NCBI GenBank assembly: GCA_016181465.1
Contig: JACOZG010000021.1
Location: 1-53,257 of the forward strand
DNA from: Candidatus Vogelbacteria bacterium
GTDB taxonomy: Bacteria; Patescibacteriota; Minisyncoccia; Phycocordibacterales; JACOZG01
DNA length: 53,257 nucleotides
Direction: 5' to 3'
This document shows positions 8,755 through 18,917 of this stretch, one piece after another. Position 1 is the first letter of the stretch, and every line of letters begins with the position of its first letter. A model generated the notes under the pieces. That model was not told the DNA's origin. It saw nothing but the letters and a program-made list of their open reading frames with translations, and did not search any database. The translations under genes and the position numbers were made by a program.

Positions 8755-8871
8755 ATGATTCTGTCAGGACCCTTCGGAGATTGCACGCTGGACGAGATCA
8801 GTTGGGGCGGCCCCCGGGCCGAGCTCTATCTCGCGGACCTGCTCGGTCAGGACCCACCGACTGACGAGTAG
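8755..8871 (+). CDS. Candidate 38-aa small protein (may instead be part of a structured ncRNA)
   Basis: GGAGG sits 7 nt upstream of ATG 8755. My translation is MILSGPFGDCTLDEISWGGPRAELYLADLLGQDPPTDE*. The ORF is bracketed by its own promoter and terminator and is below the ORF-track size cutoff. Confidence 0.35.
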   Translation: MILSGPFGDCTLDEISWGGPRAELYLADLLGQDPPTDE

Positions 8872-8894
8872 CGAGGACGGGGGAAAGAAATTTA

Positions 8895-8934
8895 GGGCGG
8901 CGCCACACGGTGCCGCCTCTTTGCGTATTTTTTG
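8895..8934 (+). terminator. Intrinsic terminator
   Basis: GGCGGCGCC (8896-8904) pairs with GGTGCCGCC (8909-8917) around an ACAC loop. The tail is TCTTTGCGTATTTTTT. Confidence 0.75.
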
Positions 8935-8960
8935 AGCTTCTGGCACAATGTAAGATAGAT

Positions 8961-9032
8961 TGCGGGGTAGAGCAGTGGTAGCTCGTCGGGCTCATAACCC
9001 GGAGGCCGTTGGTTCGAATCCAACCCCCGCTA
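8961..9032 (+). tRNA. tRNA-Met (CAU), initiator type
   Basis: TGCGGGG-TA-GAGCAGTGGTAGCTC..TCGGG-CTCATAA-CCCGG..GGTTCGAATCC..CCCCGCT-A. It shows a 1:72 mismatch (U:U), an A11:U24 pair, and three G:C pairs closing the anticodon stem. Confidence 0.85.
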
Positions 9033-9056
9033 TTAGGAAGAGCAAGACGTTTTCTT

Positions 9057-9129
9057 GTCGGGGTAGCTCAGTTGGTAGAGCACGGGACTCATAAGCCCGC
9101 GGTCGTGGGTTCAAGCCCCACCCCCGACA
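9057..9129 (+). tRNA. tRNA with CAU anticodon, elongator type (Met, or Ile2 if lysidine-modified)
   Basis: GTCGGGG-TA-GCTCAGTTGGTAGAGC..CGGGA-CTCATAA-GCCCG..GGTTCAAGCCC..CCCCGAC-A. It has a C11:G24 pair and a paired 1:72. Confidence 0.85.
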
Positions 9130-9132
9130 TAG

Positions 9133-9207
9133 GCGGGCGTAGTGTAGCCTGGATAACACGTCTCCCTGTCACGGAGAAGACCGCCGGTTCAAATCCGGTC
9201 GCCCGCG
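9133..9207 (+). tRNA. tRNA-Asp (anticodon GUC)
   Basis: GCGGGCG-TA-GTGTAGCCTGGATAACAC..TCTCC-CTGTCAC-GGAGA..GGTTCAAATCC..CGCCCGC-G. Confidence 0.9.
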
Positions 9208-9242
9208 CCCCGAAGTAGAACGATGAAGAGTTAATCGGGAAA

Positions 9243-9707
9243 GTGAGTCAATTATCGAAAAAACTGATCCGGCTTGGCTTCGTGGCCTTGATCACGATCA
9301 TTCTCTTTACCCAAGTTTTTTCTCTGGTTGTCGTTCATGGAAAAAGTATGGAACCGACTTACCGCGAGAACGACCTTGTGCTAGTCAATCGCTTAAGCTA
9401 CTTCGCTGGACCACCCGAGCGCGGCGAGATCGTGGCGATTAAATTCGCCGGACGGAGCCTGATGTTGCTAAAAAGAATTATTGGTTTGCCCGGCGAGACC
9501 GTCATAATCAGCGATGGCCAGATTTCGATTAACGGCACGGCTCTCGCCGAACCATATCTTATTTCTCCCCTCCCCTGGAATCTGCCGGCTCGAGTTCTCG
9601 CCGCCGAAGAATATTTTGTGATCGGTGACAATCGGCGACAAGCGATAGAGGAACATTTCTTCGGCCGCGTTAAAGCCGAACAGATAGTCGGCCGAGCGCT
9701 ATGGTAA
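9243..9707 (+). CDS. lepB: Signal peptidase I
   Basis: 154 aa with an N-terminal TM helix. The catalytic Ser box is GKSMEPT, the Lys box is LKRIIGLPGE, and a GDNR box is present. The start codon is GTG. Confidence 0.85.
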   Translation: MSQLSKKLIRLGFVALITIILFTQVFSLVVVHGKSMEPTYRENDLVLVNRLSYFAGPPERGEIVAIKFAGRSLMLLKRIIGLPGETVIISDGQISINGTALAEPYLISPLPWNLPARVLAAEEYFVIGDNRRQAIEEHFFGRVKAEQIVGRALW

Positions 9708-9717
9708 GATTAAACCA

Positions 9718-10212
9718 ATGAACAAAACTTTAGCCATAATCATTTGTTCGCTTCTCGTCGTTGTCGGACTACTGACAATCTGGTATTGGCGAACTAACCC
9801 GGAGCGGCAAATTAGAAAAACTCTGACTACCATGGCTGAACTCGGCTCGTCGCCGGCCGGCGAATCGTCAATTGCTAAAGCCGTTAAGAGTCAGAAATTG
9901 GGGGAGTATTTTTCCGAAGACGGTTTTATCGAATGGCCGGGAGATGAAGTGATTCCGGCCGGACGCTGGACCGGACGCGAGCAGATCAACCAACAAGTGC
10001 TAGCGGCCAAAAACTCGGCCACTTACCAAGTATCAGTTGATGATCTAATTATTGAGACCCGGCGGTGGAACCGGTCAGCCGCCGCTGAATTTACCTTGGT
10101 CGTGCGGGAAGGGGTAAACACCTGGGCTTGGCTTGGCGCTACCCACCTCTTCAAAGATGGCCGGCGTTGGTCGGTAACTCAACTGATATTTGCGCCAATT
10201 TTAAGACGGTAA
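9718..10212 (+). CDS. Membrane-anchored hypothetical protein (possibly NTF2/SnoaL-like fold)
   Basis: 164 aa with an N-terminal TM helix (LAIIICSLLVVVGLLTIWYW). The fold guess rests only on size and an alpha+beta pattern. Confidence 0.55.
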   Translation: MNKTLAIIICSLLVVVGLLTIWYWRTNPERQIRKTLTTMAELGSSPAGESSIAKAVKSQKLGEYFSEDGFIEWPGDEVIPAGRWTGREQINQQVLAAKNSATYQVSVDDLIIETRRWNRSAAAEFTLVVREGVNTWAWLGATHLFKDGRRWSVTQLIFAPILRR

Positions 10213-10213
10213 T

Positions 10214-10780
10214 TCAGATAAAATTGAACTCCCGGAAGACGCGTTCGAAACGGTCAAGCGCCGCTCGCGCCTCGCGGCGCGTCAAGACAAACTGGCTGTC
10301 GTGGGCGATTTGATTTCTCGTCTTATGCGCCTCCCAAGCGTCTTGGAGCGAAAGGAAGTCGCTTGGCTCGATGGCCTTTAAGCGCTCGCCCAAATTTTCC
10401 CCGGGATAATTCATCGCTTGAACCATTTCATCGAGCATAATGTCAGCTTCAATGATCGCCTGTTTCCAGTCCGAGGGATTGTCCGAATCCATCACCTTAA
10501 TGAGTTTGGCCCAACGTTCGTCGCGGATAGTTTTGTCTGAACTGTCAGTCCGCACCAAATTCAGAAATCCACGCACCTCTTCTTTCCGCAAGTTGGTAAT
10601 TTTATAAATCAAAATCACAATGGCGGCGGCGAGAATGAGCGAGAGGGCAATCAACCAAACCTTGAGCGCCGTGAGTGATGAAAATAGCGCCACGAGAAAG
10701 GGCAAAATCCCAACCAGAAAACGATAAACCAGATTGAAAAAATACTCCAGATTGAGATAATTTGGTTCAAAGATTGGCAT
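10214..10780 (-). CDS. Hypothetical membrane protein
   Basis: The start was moved to ATG 10780 (MPIFEPNYL..), because the longer ORF overlaps the gatA 3' end. It has two TM helices and then a helical soluble domain, with a 14-nt overlap with gatA. Confidence 0.6.
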   Translation of the reverse strand: MPIFEPNYLNLEYFFNLVYRFLVGILPFLVALFSSLTALKVWLIALSLILAAAIVILIYKITNLRKEEVRGFLNLVRTDSSDKTIRDERWAKLIKVMDSDNPSDWKQAIIEADIMLDEMVQAMNYPGENLGERLKAIEPSDFLSLQDAWEAHKTRNQIAHDSQFVLTRREARAALDRFERVFREFNFI

Positions 10781-12212
10781 AGTGCTTGGCAATTTGGAAG
10801 AGCCGGCCTTCGCCGCCCGGCGGCGCCATAATCTGCAGGCCAAACGGCAAACCGCTCGCCGCTCGACCGGACGGAATCGAGATCGCCGGCAGACCGGCGA
10901 GATTGGCCGGGACAGTAAACAAATCTTCTAAGTACATCTGAACCGGATCGGCCAGACGCTCGCCGAGCTTAAAGGCCGGCGCCGGCGTGGTCGGCGTCAG
11001 AATAGCGTCCACCTGATTGAAGGCGGCGGCAAACTCACTCGCGATCGCCTGTTTAACGGCAAAGGCCTTAGCATAATAAGCGTCATAGTAACCAGCCGAG
11101 AGCGCGTAAGTGCCGAGGATCACTCGCCGTCTGACTTCCAAGCCGAAACCGTTGCCCCGCGTCGTCCGATAATCGTCAAACAGATCCTGCCCCGGAAAAT
11201 ACGAGCCGTAACGGATGCCGTCGTAACGAGCCAGATTGGATGAGGCCTCGGCCGGCATAATCACATAATAGGCGGCTAGGGCATAAGGAGCAGTCGGCAA
11301 ATCAATATCCATAATTTCATAACCGGCCGCGGCTAAACTGGCTGTCGCCACGGAAAAATTTTCGGCGCCGGCGCGGTTCAAACCCTGATCTAAGAAACGG
11401 CGCGGCACGCCAAGTTTAAATTTCTTAAATTTCTCAAGGTTCGACCTTGAGACTTTGGAAATTAAAGGTCGAACCTTTTCTGATAAAGAAGTAGAATCAT
11501 TCTCGTCTCGCCCCTTGATCACCTCAAAAATCCTTTCAACATCGTCCGCCGTCCGCGCTAACGGTCCAATCTGGTCAAACGACGGGGCCAGAGCGATCAA
11601 ACCAAAGCGCGACACCGCGCCGTAAGTCGGTTTCAAGCCAAGCACGCCGCAGAAAGCCGCTGGCTGACGCACCGAGCCGCCGGTATCCGATCCGAGGGCG
11701 GCGAGAGCGAGGCCGGCGGCGAGAGCCGCGGCCGAGCCGCCGGAAGAACCACCAGCCACGCGCTCGGGGTCATGAGGATTTTTGGTCGGACCAAAAGCCG
11801 AATTTTCGGTCGAAGCGCCCATCGCAAACTCGTCCATATTGGTCCGACCGAGGAAGACGGCGCCGGCGGCGCGCAGTTTCGCAATCACGGTGGCGTCGTA
11901 GGCCGCGGTGTAATTTTCCAGCATCTTCGACCCGGCGCTGGCGCGCCGGCCCTTGATCAAAATATTATCTTTGACGGCAATGGGCACGCCCTCAAGCGCC
12001 CGCAACGGTTCGCCCGAGGCCAAACGACGATCAATGGCCTCGGCGGCGGTTAAGGCATCGTCAAAAACTTCAAGGTAGGCATTGAGCCCGGGATTTATTT
12101 TCTCAATCTGTTTTAGATAATATTCGACGAGCTCGCTGGCGCGCCACGCGCCGCGAGCCAAACCCTCGAGCCACCGAGCAATCGTCAATTGCGAAAAATC
12201 ACGAACCGCCAT
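10767..12212 (-). CDS. gatA: Glu/Asp-tRNA amidotransferase subunit A
   Basis: Amidase signature GGSSGGSAAALAAG, and PIAVKDNI near the N-terminus. The start is set at ATG 12212 (MAVRDF..), because the longer ORF is out-of-frame read-through of gatC. It overlaps gatC by 14 nt. Confidence 0.95.
   Translation of the reverse strand: MAVRDFSQLTIARWLEGLARGAWRASELVEYYLKQIEKINPGLNAYLEVFDDALTAAEAIDRRLASGEPLRALEGVPIAVKDNILIKGRRASAGSKMLENYTAAYDATVIAKLRAAGAVFLGRTNMDEFAMGASTENSAFGPTKNPHDPERVAGGSSGGSAAALAAGLALAALGSDTGGSVRQPAAFCGVLGLKPTYGAVSRFGLIALAPSFDQIGPLARTADDVERIFEVIKGRDENDSTSLSEKVRPLISKVSRSNLEKFKKFKLGVPRRFLDQGLNRAGAENFSVATASLAAAGYEIMDIDLPTAPYALAAYYVIMPAEASSNLARYDGIRYGSYFPGQDLFDDYRTTRGNGFGLEVRRRVILGTYALSAGYYDAYYAKAFAVKQAIASEFAAAFNQVDAILTPTTPAPAFKLGERLADPVQMYLEDLFTVPANLAGLPAISIPSGRAASGLPFGLQIMAPPGGEGRLFQIAKHYANL
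11436..11477. repeat. REPIN-like inverted doublet inside gatA
   Basis: AAGGTTCGACCTT (11436-11448) and AAGGTCGAACCTT (11465-11477) are exact reverse complements with a 16-nt spacer. The doublet is translated in-frame as EKVRPLISKVSRSNLE. Confidence 0.8.
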
Positions 12213-12540
12213 TTTTGTCACCGAAGATCGCCTTGACCTTGAAGTAAGGGCCTTCGGTCGTCGGCGCGGCGGCGCGCAACTTCTCTGCCTCGGCGGCGGC
12301 CGCGCCGCCGGCAGACGGATTATCTTCCCGCAAAACATTAACTGGAACAGTTTTCCAAGATTCGACCTTAAGACTTTGGGTTTTAAAGGTCGAACCTTTT
12401 CCGGTCGGAGCGGCTTGTTTGAGCTGATCAACATAATCAAGAATCGCGCCGAGGTCATTGAGCAATCCGGCCTGCTCGGCCGTGGTCAAGTTAATCCGCG
12501 CCAGCGACGCTAATTGAGTCAGTTCTTTTTCTCCCATCAT
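12199..12540 (-). CDS. gatC: Glu/Asp-tRNA amidotransferase subunit C
   Basis: 113 aa. The N-terminal LASLARINLT..E......L..IL.YV..L and the later ..LRED.. segment fit GatC. It sits directly upstream of and overlapping gatA. Confidence 0.85.
   Translation of the reverse strand: MMGEKELTQLASLARINLTTAEQAGLLNDLGAILDYVDQLKQAAPTGKGSTFKTQSLKVESWKTVPVNVLREDNPSAGGAAAAEAEKLRAAAPTTEGPYFKVKAIFGDKNGGS
12357..12398. repeat. REPIN-like inverted doublet inside gatC (same family as the gatA copy)
   Basis: AAGATTCGACCTT (12357-12369) and AAGGTCGAACCTT (12386-12398). The spacer shares AGACTTTGG with the gatA copy. It is translated in a different frame as GKGSTFKTQSLKVESW. Confidence 0.8.
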
Positions 12541-12552
12541 TGTTTCAGTCTA

Positions 12553-14702
<2,150 letters not shown>

Positions 14703-14737
14703 ATAATAACCAGGTCAAATCACCCCGCGAGAAAATC

Positions 14738-16501
14738 CTACGGCCCGCCACCGCCGATATTGTAAATAAACCTTAACTCGCGCTGGCCGCTCAAACCATC
14801 ACCAAGAATAGACAAAGTTATGAAATAGGGACTGCCATCTCTAAGTGCGATTGACCTATCCGGTATCATTATCTGGAAGTGAGTTGAATAATTATTAGAA
14901 CTTGATAAGGTGCTGCACTGACTTCGTTGGCCGCAATAACCAGGATCATCATCAAAATCACAAAATGTTCTTTGGGTATCATCGTTGACTATATTATATA
15001 TGGACATTCCTCCGGAACTTGAAATGAATGAATCAATGCAGACTTTCGCATTCCTCTCTTCCAAAACACTATTATCTCCGCCATCGATCCGAGTCACGCT
15101 GATTGTGGCTGGCGGCGTATAAGCCGGCTGGCCAGAATTATGGGAATCAATTTTCAAAATCGCCGGAGTAGAATCTATAGTAACTTCTACCAAGTCTACC
15201 GCCGGATTCCTGAATTTAGCAGTCACAAATTTATCCCCAGTGCTCATATCCAAACCGCATGGCGAGGTTCCCGGACAAACAACATCAGATCCATTAACGA
15301 TCCAACCATCAAACACACAAGCAACTTCATCACCGGTATCTGGATCTAAACAGGCTCCAGAACCCAATGGGTCCGGTGTGCCAGTCAAAGTAACCGTGTC
15401 AGTAACGGAATATGTGTTTGAACAAATATCCCGACAACCGTTGCTTATCCAGTCAGACGGTAACGGATTGCTACCGGAATTATCAGCTGTCACTTTGCCA
15501 TAAGTGCCACCACTGACTGTAACGGAAAGTTGGGGCGTATTAGGATTTGAAACGGTTATCCGGCAAGTAGCAGTACCGTTTCCGCCATTGGTCACAGTGA
15601 CCGTCCCTTCTTTATTATTGTCAGCGGTACTATAAGTTTTAGTTACAGTGCGTCCCGAGGCGGTAGGTTGACCATCATTCCAAGACCAATTATAGGTATA
15701 ACTTGAGTCAGTAGGATTAGTTGTTTCCCAAGTAACATCCACTGTGCCAGTGATCGGATCAAGATCAAAATTTGTTTTCTGATTACCGTTAGCATCTGTG
15801 GTCTGGCATTGAACATTGAGTGTGTCCAGAGTTACGCAAGCGGCATCACCCAGAGTTGGATCGCTGTCCTTGGGACAAAAATCAATCCAACCGACCACAT
15901 CCGCGCCCCAGGCATAATCTCTCAACTGACCGGAATTAGTATCGTAAGTTACGCCATAAGGACTACCATCAACTGCGGTCCCCTCCATACTGATCCAACC
16001 GTCCCAGCCGCCGCGGTCGCTGTCTAATTTCAAACCATAATTATCGGCCGGGTCATTATTACCCTGGCAACCACTCTTGAAAACCGAACAAGCTCTGATC
16101 CAACCCGTCACTTGACCGGTGGCAGGATTCAGTTGGGCCGCCGCGCCAGATTGTCCGGACGGCAAAGCGTTTCCGCCGCTACCAATGATCGGATTAAAAC
16201 GAATCCAGCCGATGTTTGAACTCCAGGCGTACTTCTCAAATTCATTAACAGCAGACAAACTAACGCCATCATTAAATCCATTGAAACTGATCCAGCCAAT
16301 GTTAGAGCTCCAGGCATAACCAGACAAATCATGCGCTACGCCATTAGTTCCTTCAGCTACCGGCAAAGAGATAAAACCGGAGTAAAAACCAGCGACACTA
16401 AAAAAAAGAAACAGACCCAAAACTAAAATACGCCATGGAATTTTCATACTACTAAAATATTTTAGCATCCGAACAACCTTATCGCTACTAAACTTATCCA
16501 C
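14738..16501 (-). CDS. Large secreted pilus-locus protein with (Y)AW..N(I/V)GWI.F repeats and a PKD-like domain
   Basis: 587 aa with an N-terminal signal/anchor. The repeats are GYAWSSNIGWISFNG, KYAWSSNIGWIRFNP and DYAWGADVVGWIDFCP, plus partial GWI copies. A PKD-like stretch is present (TYNWSWNDG...TVTKTY). It is the last gene of the pseudopilin block. Confidence 0.7.
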   Translation of the reverse strand: MDKFSSDKVVRMLKYFSSMKIPWRILVLGLFLFFSVAGFYSGFISLPVAEGTNGVAHDLSGYAWSSNIGWISFNGFNDGVSLSAVNEFEKYAWSSNIGWIRFNPIIGSGGNALPSGQSGAAAQLNPATGQVTGWIRACSVFKSGCQGNNDPADNYGLKLDSDRGGWDGWISMEGTAVDGSPYGVTYDTNSGQLRDYAWGADVVGWIDFCPKDSDPTLGDAACVTLDTLNVQCQTTDANGNQKTNFDLDPITGTVDVTWETTNPTDSSYTYNWSWNDGQPTASGRTVTKTYSTADNNKEGTVTVTNGGNGTATCRITVSNPNTPQLSVTVSGGTYGKVTADNSGSNPLPSDWISNGCRDICSNTYSVTDTVTLTGTPDPLGSGACLDPDTGDEVACVFDGWIVNGSDVVCPGTSPCGLDMSTGDKFVTAKFRNPAVDLVEVTIDSTPAILKIDSHNSGQPAYTPPATISVTRIDGGDNSVLEERNAKVCIDSFISSSGGMSIYNIVNDDTQRTFCDFDDDPGYCGQRSQCSTLSSSNNYSTHFQIMIPDRSIALRDGSPYFITLSILGDGLSGQRELRFIYNIGGGGP

Positions 16502-16520
16502 AATTCTATCTTTATCAACA

Positions 16521-17207
16521 CTACCCGGCTAATGTCTTGATCCTGATCCTCCTCTCAACTTGACGCGAGCTTGTTTCTGGTGGATCAGCGCAAGGATGAA
16601 CACTGTTATAGCCCAGGGCGGAAACCATGATTGCCTTCTCATCAGTATCACCTTCATTTTCACCTGGGAAATTGTCATAATTTTCTTCGCTTCCAATCTT
16701 GGCCACAGTTACAATAGCGCAGCCACCATTCAATCCAGAACCAGTTAATTTATAATTACTCTCAATACCGTCAGCGCCAAAACCAATTCTGGCGATGTCG
16801 CCAGAAGGATCACCAACATTAATACTAATATCATTTCCACTGCCATTACCACAAGTATAGACCAAGGCACCGATTGACCAAGGAGGAGTAGATTTTTCGA
16901 GAGAATAAAAAGGAGGGGTGGAAAAAAATTTAAATACTCCAAATGGATTATTATCGGTATCGTCAGTAATGTAAGGATCCGGGTCATTAAAGGACTGATT
17001 GGCCATTAAAATACAATCCACCGCGCTCCAGGCGTTGAAATGCGCCACTTGGGATTCGCGGCTCACGGCGGTCAAAACGATCTGCTTAAAAGTGATGTTC
17101 AGTAAACTCAAACTGATGGTCAAGACAATGCTAACCAAGAGCACGGCGTAGAGCAGGGCGACGCCCCTATTTTTCACCTTATTATTCTGGGATTTTGTTA
17201 AATGCAT
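16521..17207 (-). CDS. PilX-like minor pilin / pilus assembly protein
   Basis: 228 aa. The N-terminal RGVALLYAVLLVSIVLTISLSLL segment resembles the PilX N-terminal helix. It lies in the pseudopilin block. Confidence 0.55.
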   Translation of the reverse strand: MHLTKSQNNKVKNRGVALLYAVLLVSIVLTISLSLLNITFKQIVLTAVSRESQVAHFNAWSAVDCILMANQSFNDPDPYITDDTDNNPFGVFKFFSTPPFYSLEKSTPPWSIGALVYTCGNGSGNDISINVGDPSGDIARIGFGADGIESNYKLTGSGLNGGCAIVTVAKIGSEENYDNFPGENEGDTDEKAIMVSALGYNSVHPCADPPETSSRQVERRIRIKTLAG

Positions 17208-17766
17208 AGCGGTACAAATTAATACTCTTATCTGTTACATCCGTTGCCTTATTTTTCCACTTAACTGTTGAGGTCAACAAAACCTCTTCGCCGGTAACCA
17301 ATTCTAACACTCGTAGAGTTCTGATGAACATCGGCCCGACCAAATTACAGCCAGAGCAATCTGCCAAGGGCCGATAAAAACCGGTACTAGAATCAAAAGC
17401 CAATGTGCATCTACCTTCATTCGGCACGACGCAAGAAAGGAAGGAAAAACCGGACAAATTTGGAGCAGTATAAGATTCAAAAACTACGGCGCAATCGTTA
17501 CCAAGACAATCCCCCAATCCGTCCAGAAAACCAGCCGGTGGGGGGCCAAAAGAAGTCATGCCTTCTTCCAACCTGGTGCTTAAAAGTTCCAATCCTTCTT
17601 GCGCCAGATAAGTGCCGATGAGCTGATTGCCGGCGTAGAGGCCGTCGGTGATGCCGCGGGTGGCGGCGGTCATCGGGCCCAAGACGCCTATTAGGAGCAC
17701 GGTAATCGCCACCAATGATTCGATCAGAGTGAATCCCTCAATAATTTTTTGCTTTTCGCTTTGCAT
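17182..17766 (-). CDS. Type IV minor pilin / pseudopilin
   Basis: Prepilin cleavage/methylation motif EG|FTLIESLVAITVLLIGVLG. Confidence 0.8.
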   Translation of the reverse strand: MQSEKQKIIEGFTLIESLVAITVLLIGVLGPMTAATRGITDGLYAGNQLIGTYLAQEGLELLSTRLEEGMTSFGPPPAGFLDGLGDCLGNDCAVVFESYTAPNLSGFSFLSCVVPNEGRCTLAFDSSTGFYRPLADCSGCNLVGPMFIRTLRVLELVTGEEVLLTSTVKWKNKATDVTDKSINLYRYAFNKIPE

Positions 17767-17775
17767 TTTACGCTT

Positions 17776-18300
17776 CTAATAATTGGCCTTGACGGTGGTT
17801 TGGAGATTAAACTCGGTCGTAGTTTTACCAGGTACTTGACCTTTAATAACTATGACGGCCTTCGTCTTTCTTCCTGCGGAACTAGGCACATAAAATCTGA
17901 CATCTTCAATATCCACTTCAGTAGAAGTGATATCTGTATAATCAGCAACACCACCGCGAGCAATCTGAATCTTGCCTAAACCGGTGCTATCTTCAAAACG
18001 ATAACGGATAATCTCATCGTTAGCATTATTACGCTTGGACCTAAAAACAAGATGATCGCCACCGTTACAATTATCTAGCAAATTCGCGCTACCTGTTCCG
18101 CAACCAAAGTCCCCACCTTCCCGCAGGTTGAAGACCATGCTGTCCATGGCAAAGCTGACATTGTCCATCGCGATTTTGATCGCCTGGGCCTTACGATTGA
18201 CTTCTGAAGCCGTCACCAAGGCGCCGGTGGTGATCACCGCCACAATGGCGAAAATAGACACCGCGACCATAATTTCAATTAAAGTAAAACCTCGCTTCAT
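17776..18300 (-). CDS. Type IV minor pilin / pseudopilin
   Basis: Prepilin motif MKRG|FTLIEIMVAVSIFAIVAV. Confidence 0.8.
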   Translation of the reverse strand: MKRGFTLIEIMVAVSIFAIVAVITTGALVTASEVNRKAQAIKIAMDNVSFAMDSMVFNLREGGDFGCGTGSANLLDNCNGGDHLVFRSKRNNANDEIIRYRFEDSTGLGKIQIARGGVADYTDITSTEVDIEDVRFYVPSSAGRKTKAVIVIKGQVPGKTTTEFNLQTTVKANY

Positions 18301-18917
18301 GTTGGGTTTTTAACCGAGATTTGGCCGGTGTTCCAAACCTCGACCCACTTTTGGTCACTAGTTCTCGTTGATTTTAACACTATTCGGACATAACTAGGAG
18401 CCGGGGCCAAACCGATGAAGGTCGCCTCAGGGTAAAAACGTTGGAACAGAATGTCTAGCTTTTGCGGACTAAGATTGGCACAAGAAGAACCGCAACCCTG
18501 CAAACTTTCTATTTCCGCCGCGCCGCGGATGGCGAATTTTTCAACAATCTGATCAGTCGCATCATAGCCTTGAGTTGAACCGGTTTTATCGGCGTACAAA
18601 ATAAAAGATTTTTTACCATCGGAAATGGACAAATCAAAATAAAGTCCGTAGGCCGGGAAAGAACTGGCCCCGGCCGCGCGCGTGCCGATGCCGTAGACCT
18701 GGGCCTGGCGGATGGTCGTGGCGATCTCCTGGGCGATCAGTTGGAGCGCGGTTTTGTCGCGGAACGCCGGGAAGTTAGCCATCACCACGCCGAGCATAAT
18801 AAGGAAAATGGTCAAGACCACCATGATCTCAATCAGGGTTAACCCCGACTGACGTCTAAACGGCAAACGATAAATTGGACAAGAGAGCAAAGACATCAAG
18901 GTGGAATAAATAAACAA
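18297..18917 (-). CDS. Type IV minor pilin (GspH/FimT-like)
   Basis: Prepilin motif RRQSG|LTLIEIMVVLTIFLIMLGV. The start is uncertain (alternative ATG at 18896). It overlaps the pilD 3' end. Confidence 0.75.
   Translation of the reverse strand: MFIYSTLMSLLSCPIYRLPFRRQSGLTLIEIMVVLTIFLIMLGVVMANFPAFRDKTALQLIAQEIATTIRQAQVYGIGTRAAGASSFPAYGLYFDLSISDGKKSFILYADKTGSTQGYDATDQIVEKFAIRGAAEIESLQGCGSSCANLSPQKLDILFQRFYPEATFIGLAPAPSYVRIVLKSTRTSDQKWVEVWNTGQISVKNPT

Noticed and set aside
8690-8930. SRP (4.5S) RNA or RNase P RNA assignment for the structured transcript in the tRNA cluster
   Set aside because: TGTCAGGACC resembles the SRP helix-8 5' strand. However, the GNRA tetraloop and the AGCA 3' strand are absent, and the implied internal loop is far too large. 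No GGAAAGUCC-type RNase P core is present and the length is too short.
9009-9218. 69-aa plus-strand ORF
   Set aside because: It is entirely made of three tRNA genes (fMet, CAU elongator, Asp) read as protein.
12213-12458. N-terminal 82 codons of the long gatA ORF
   Set aside because: They are an out-of-frame reading of gatC, including its repeat element. The conserved GatA sequence starts at ATG 12212.
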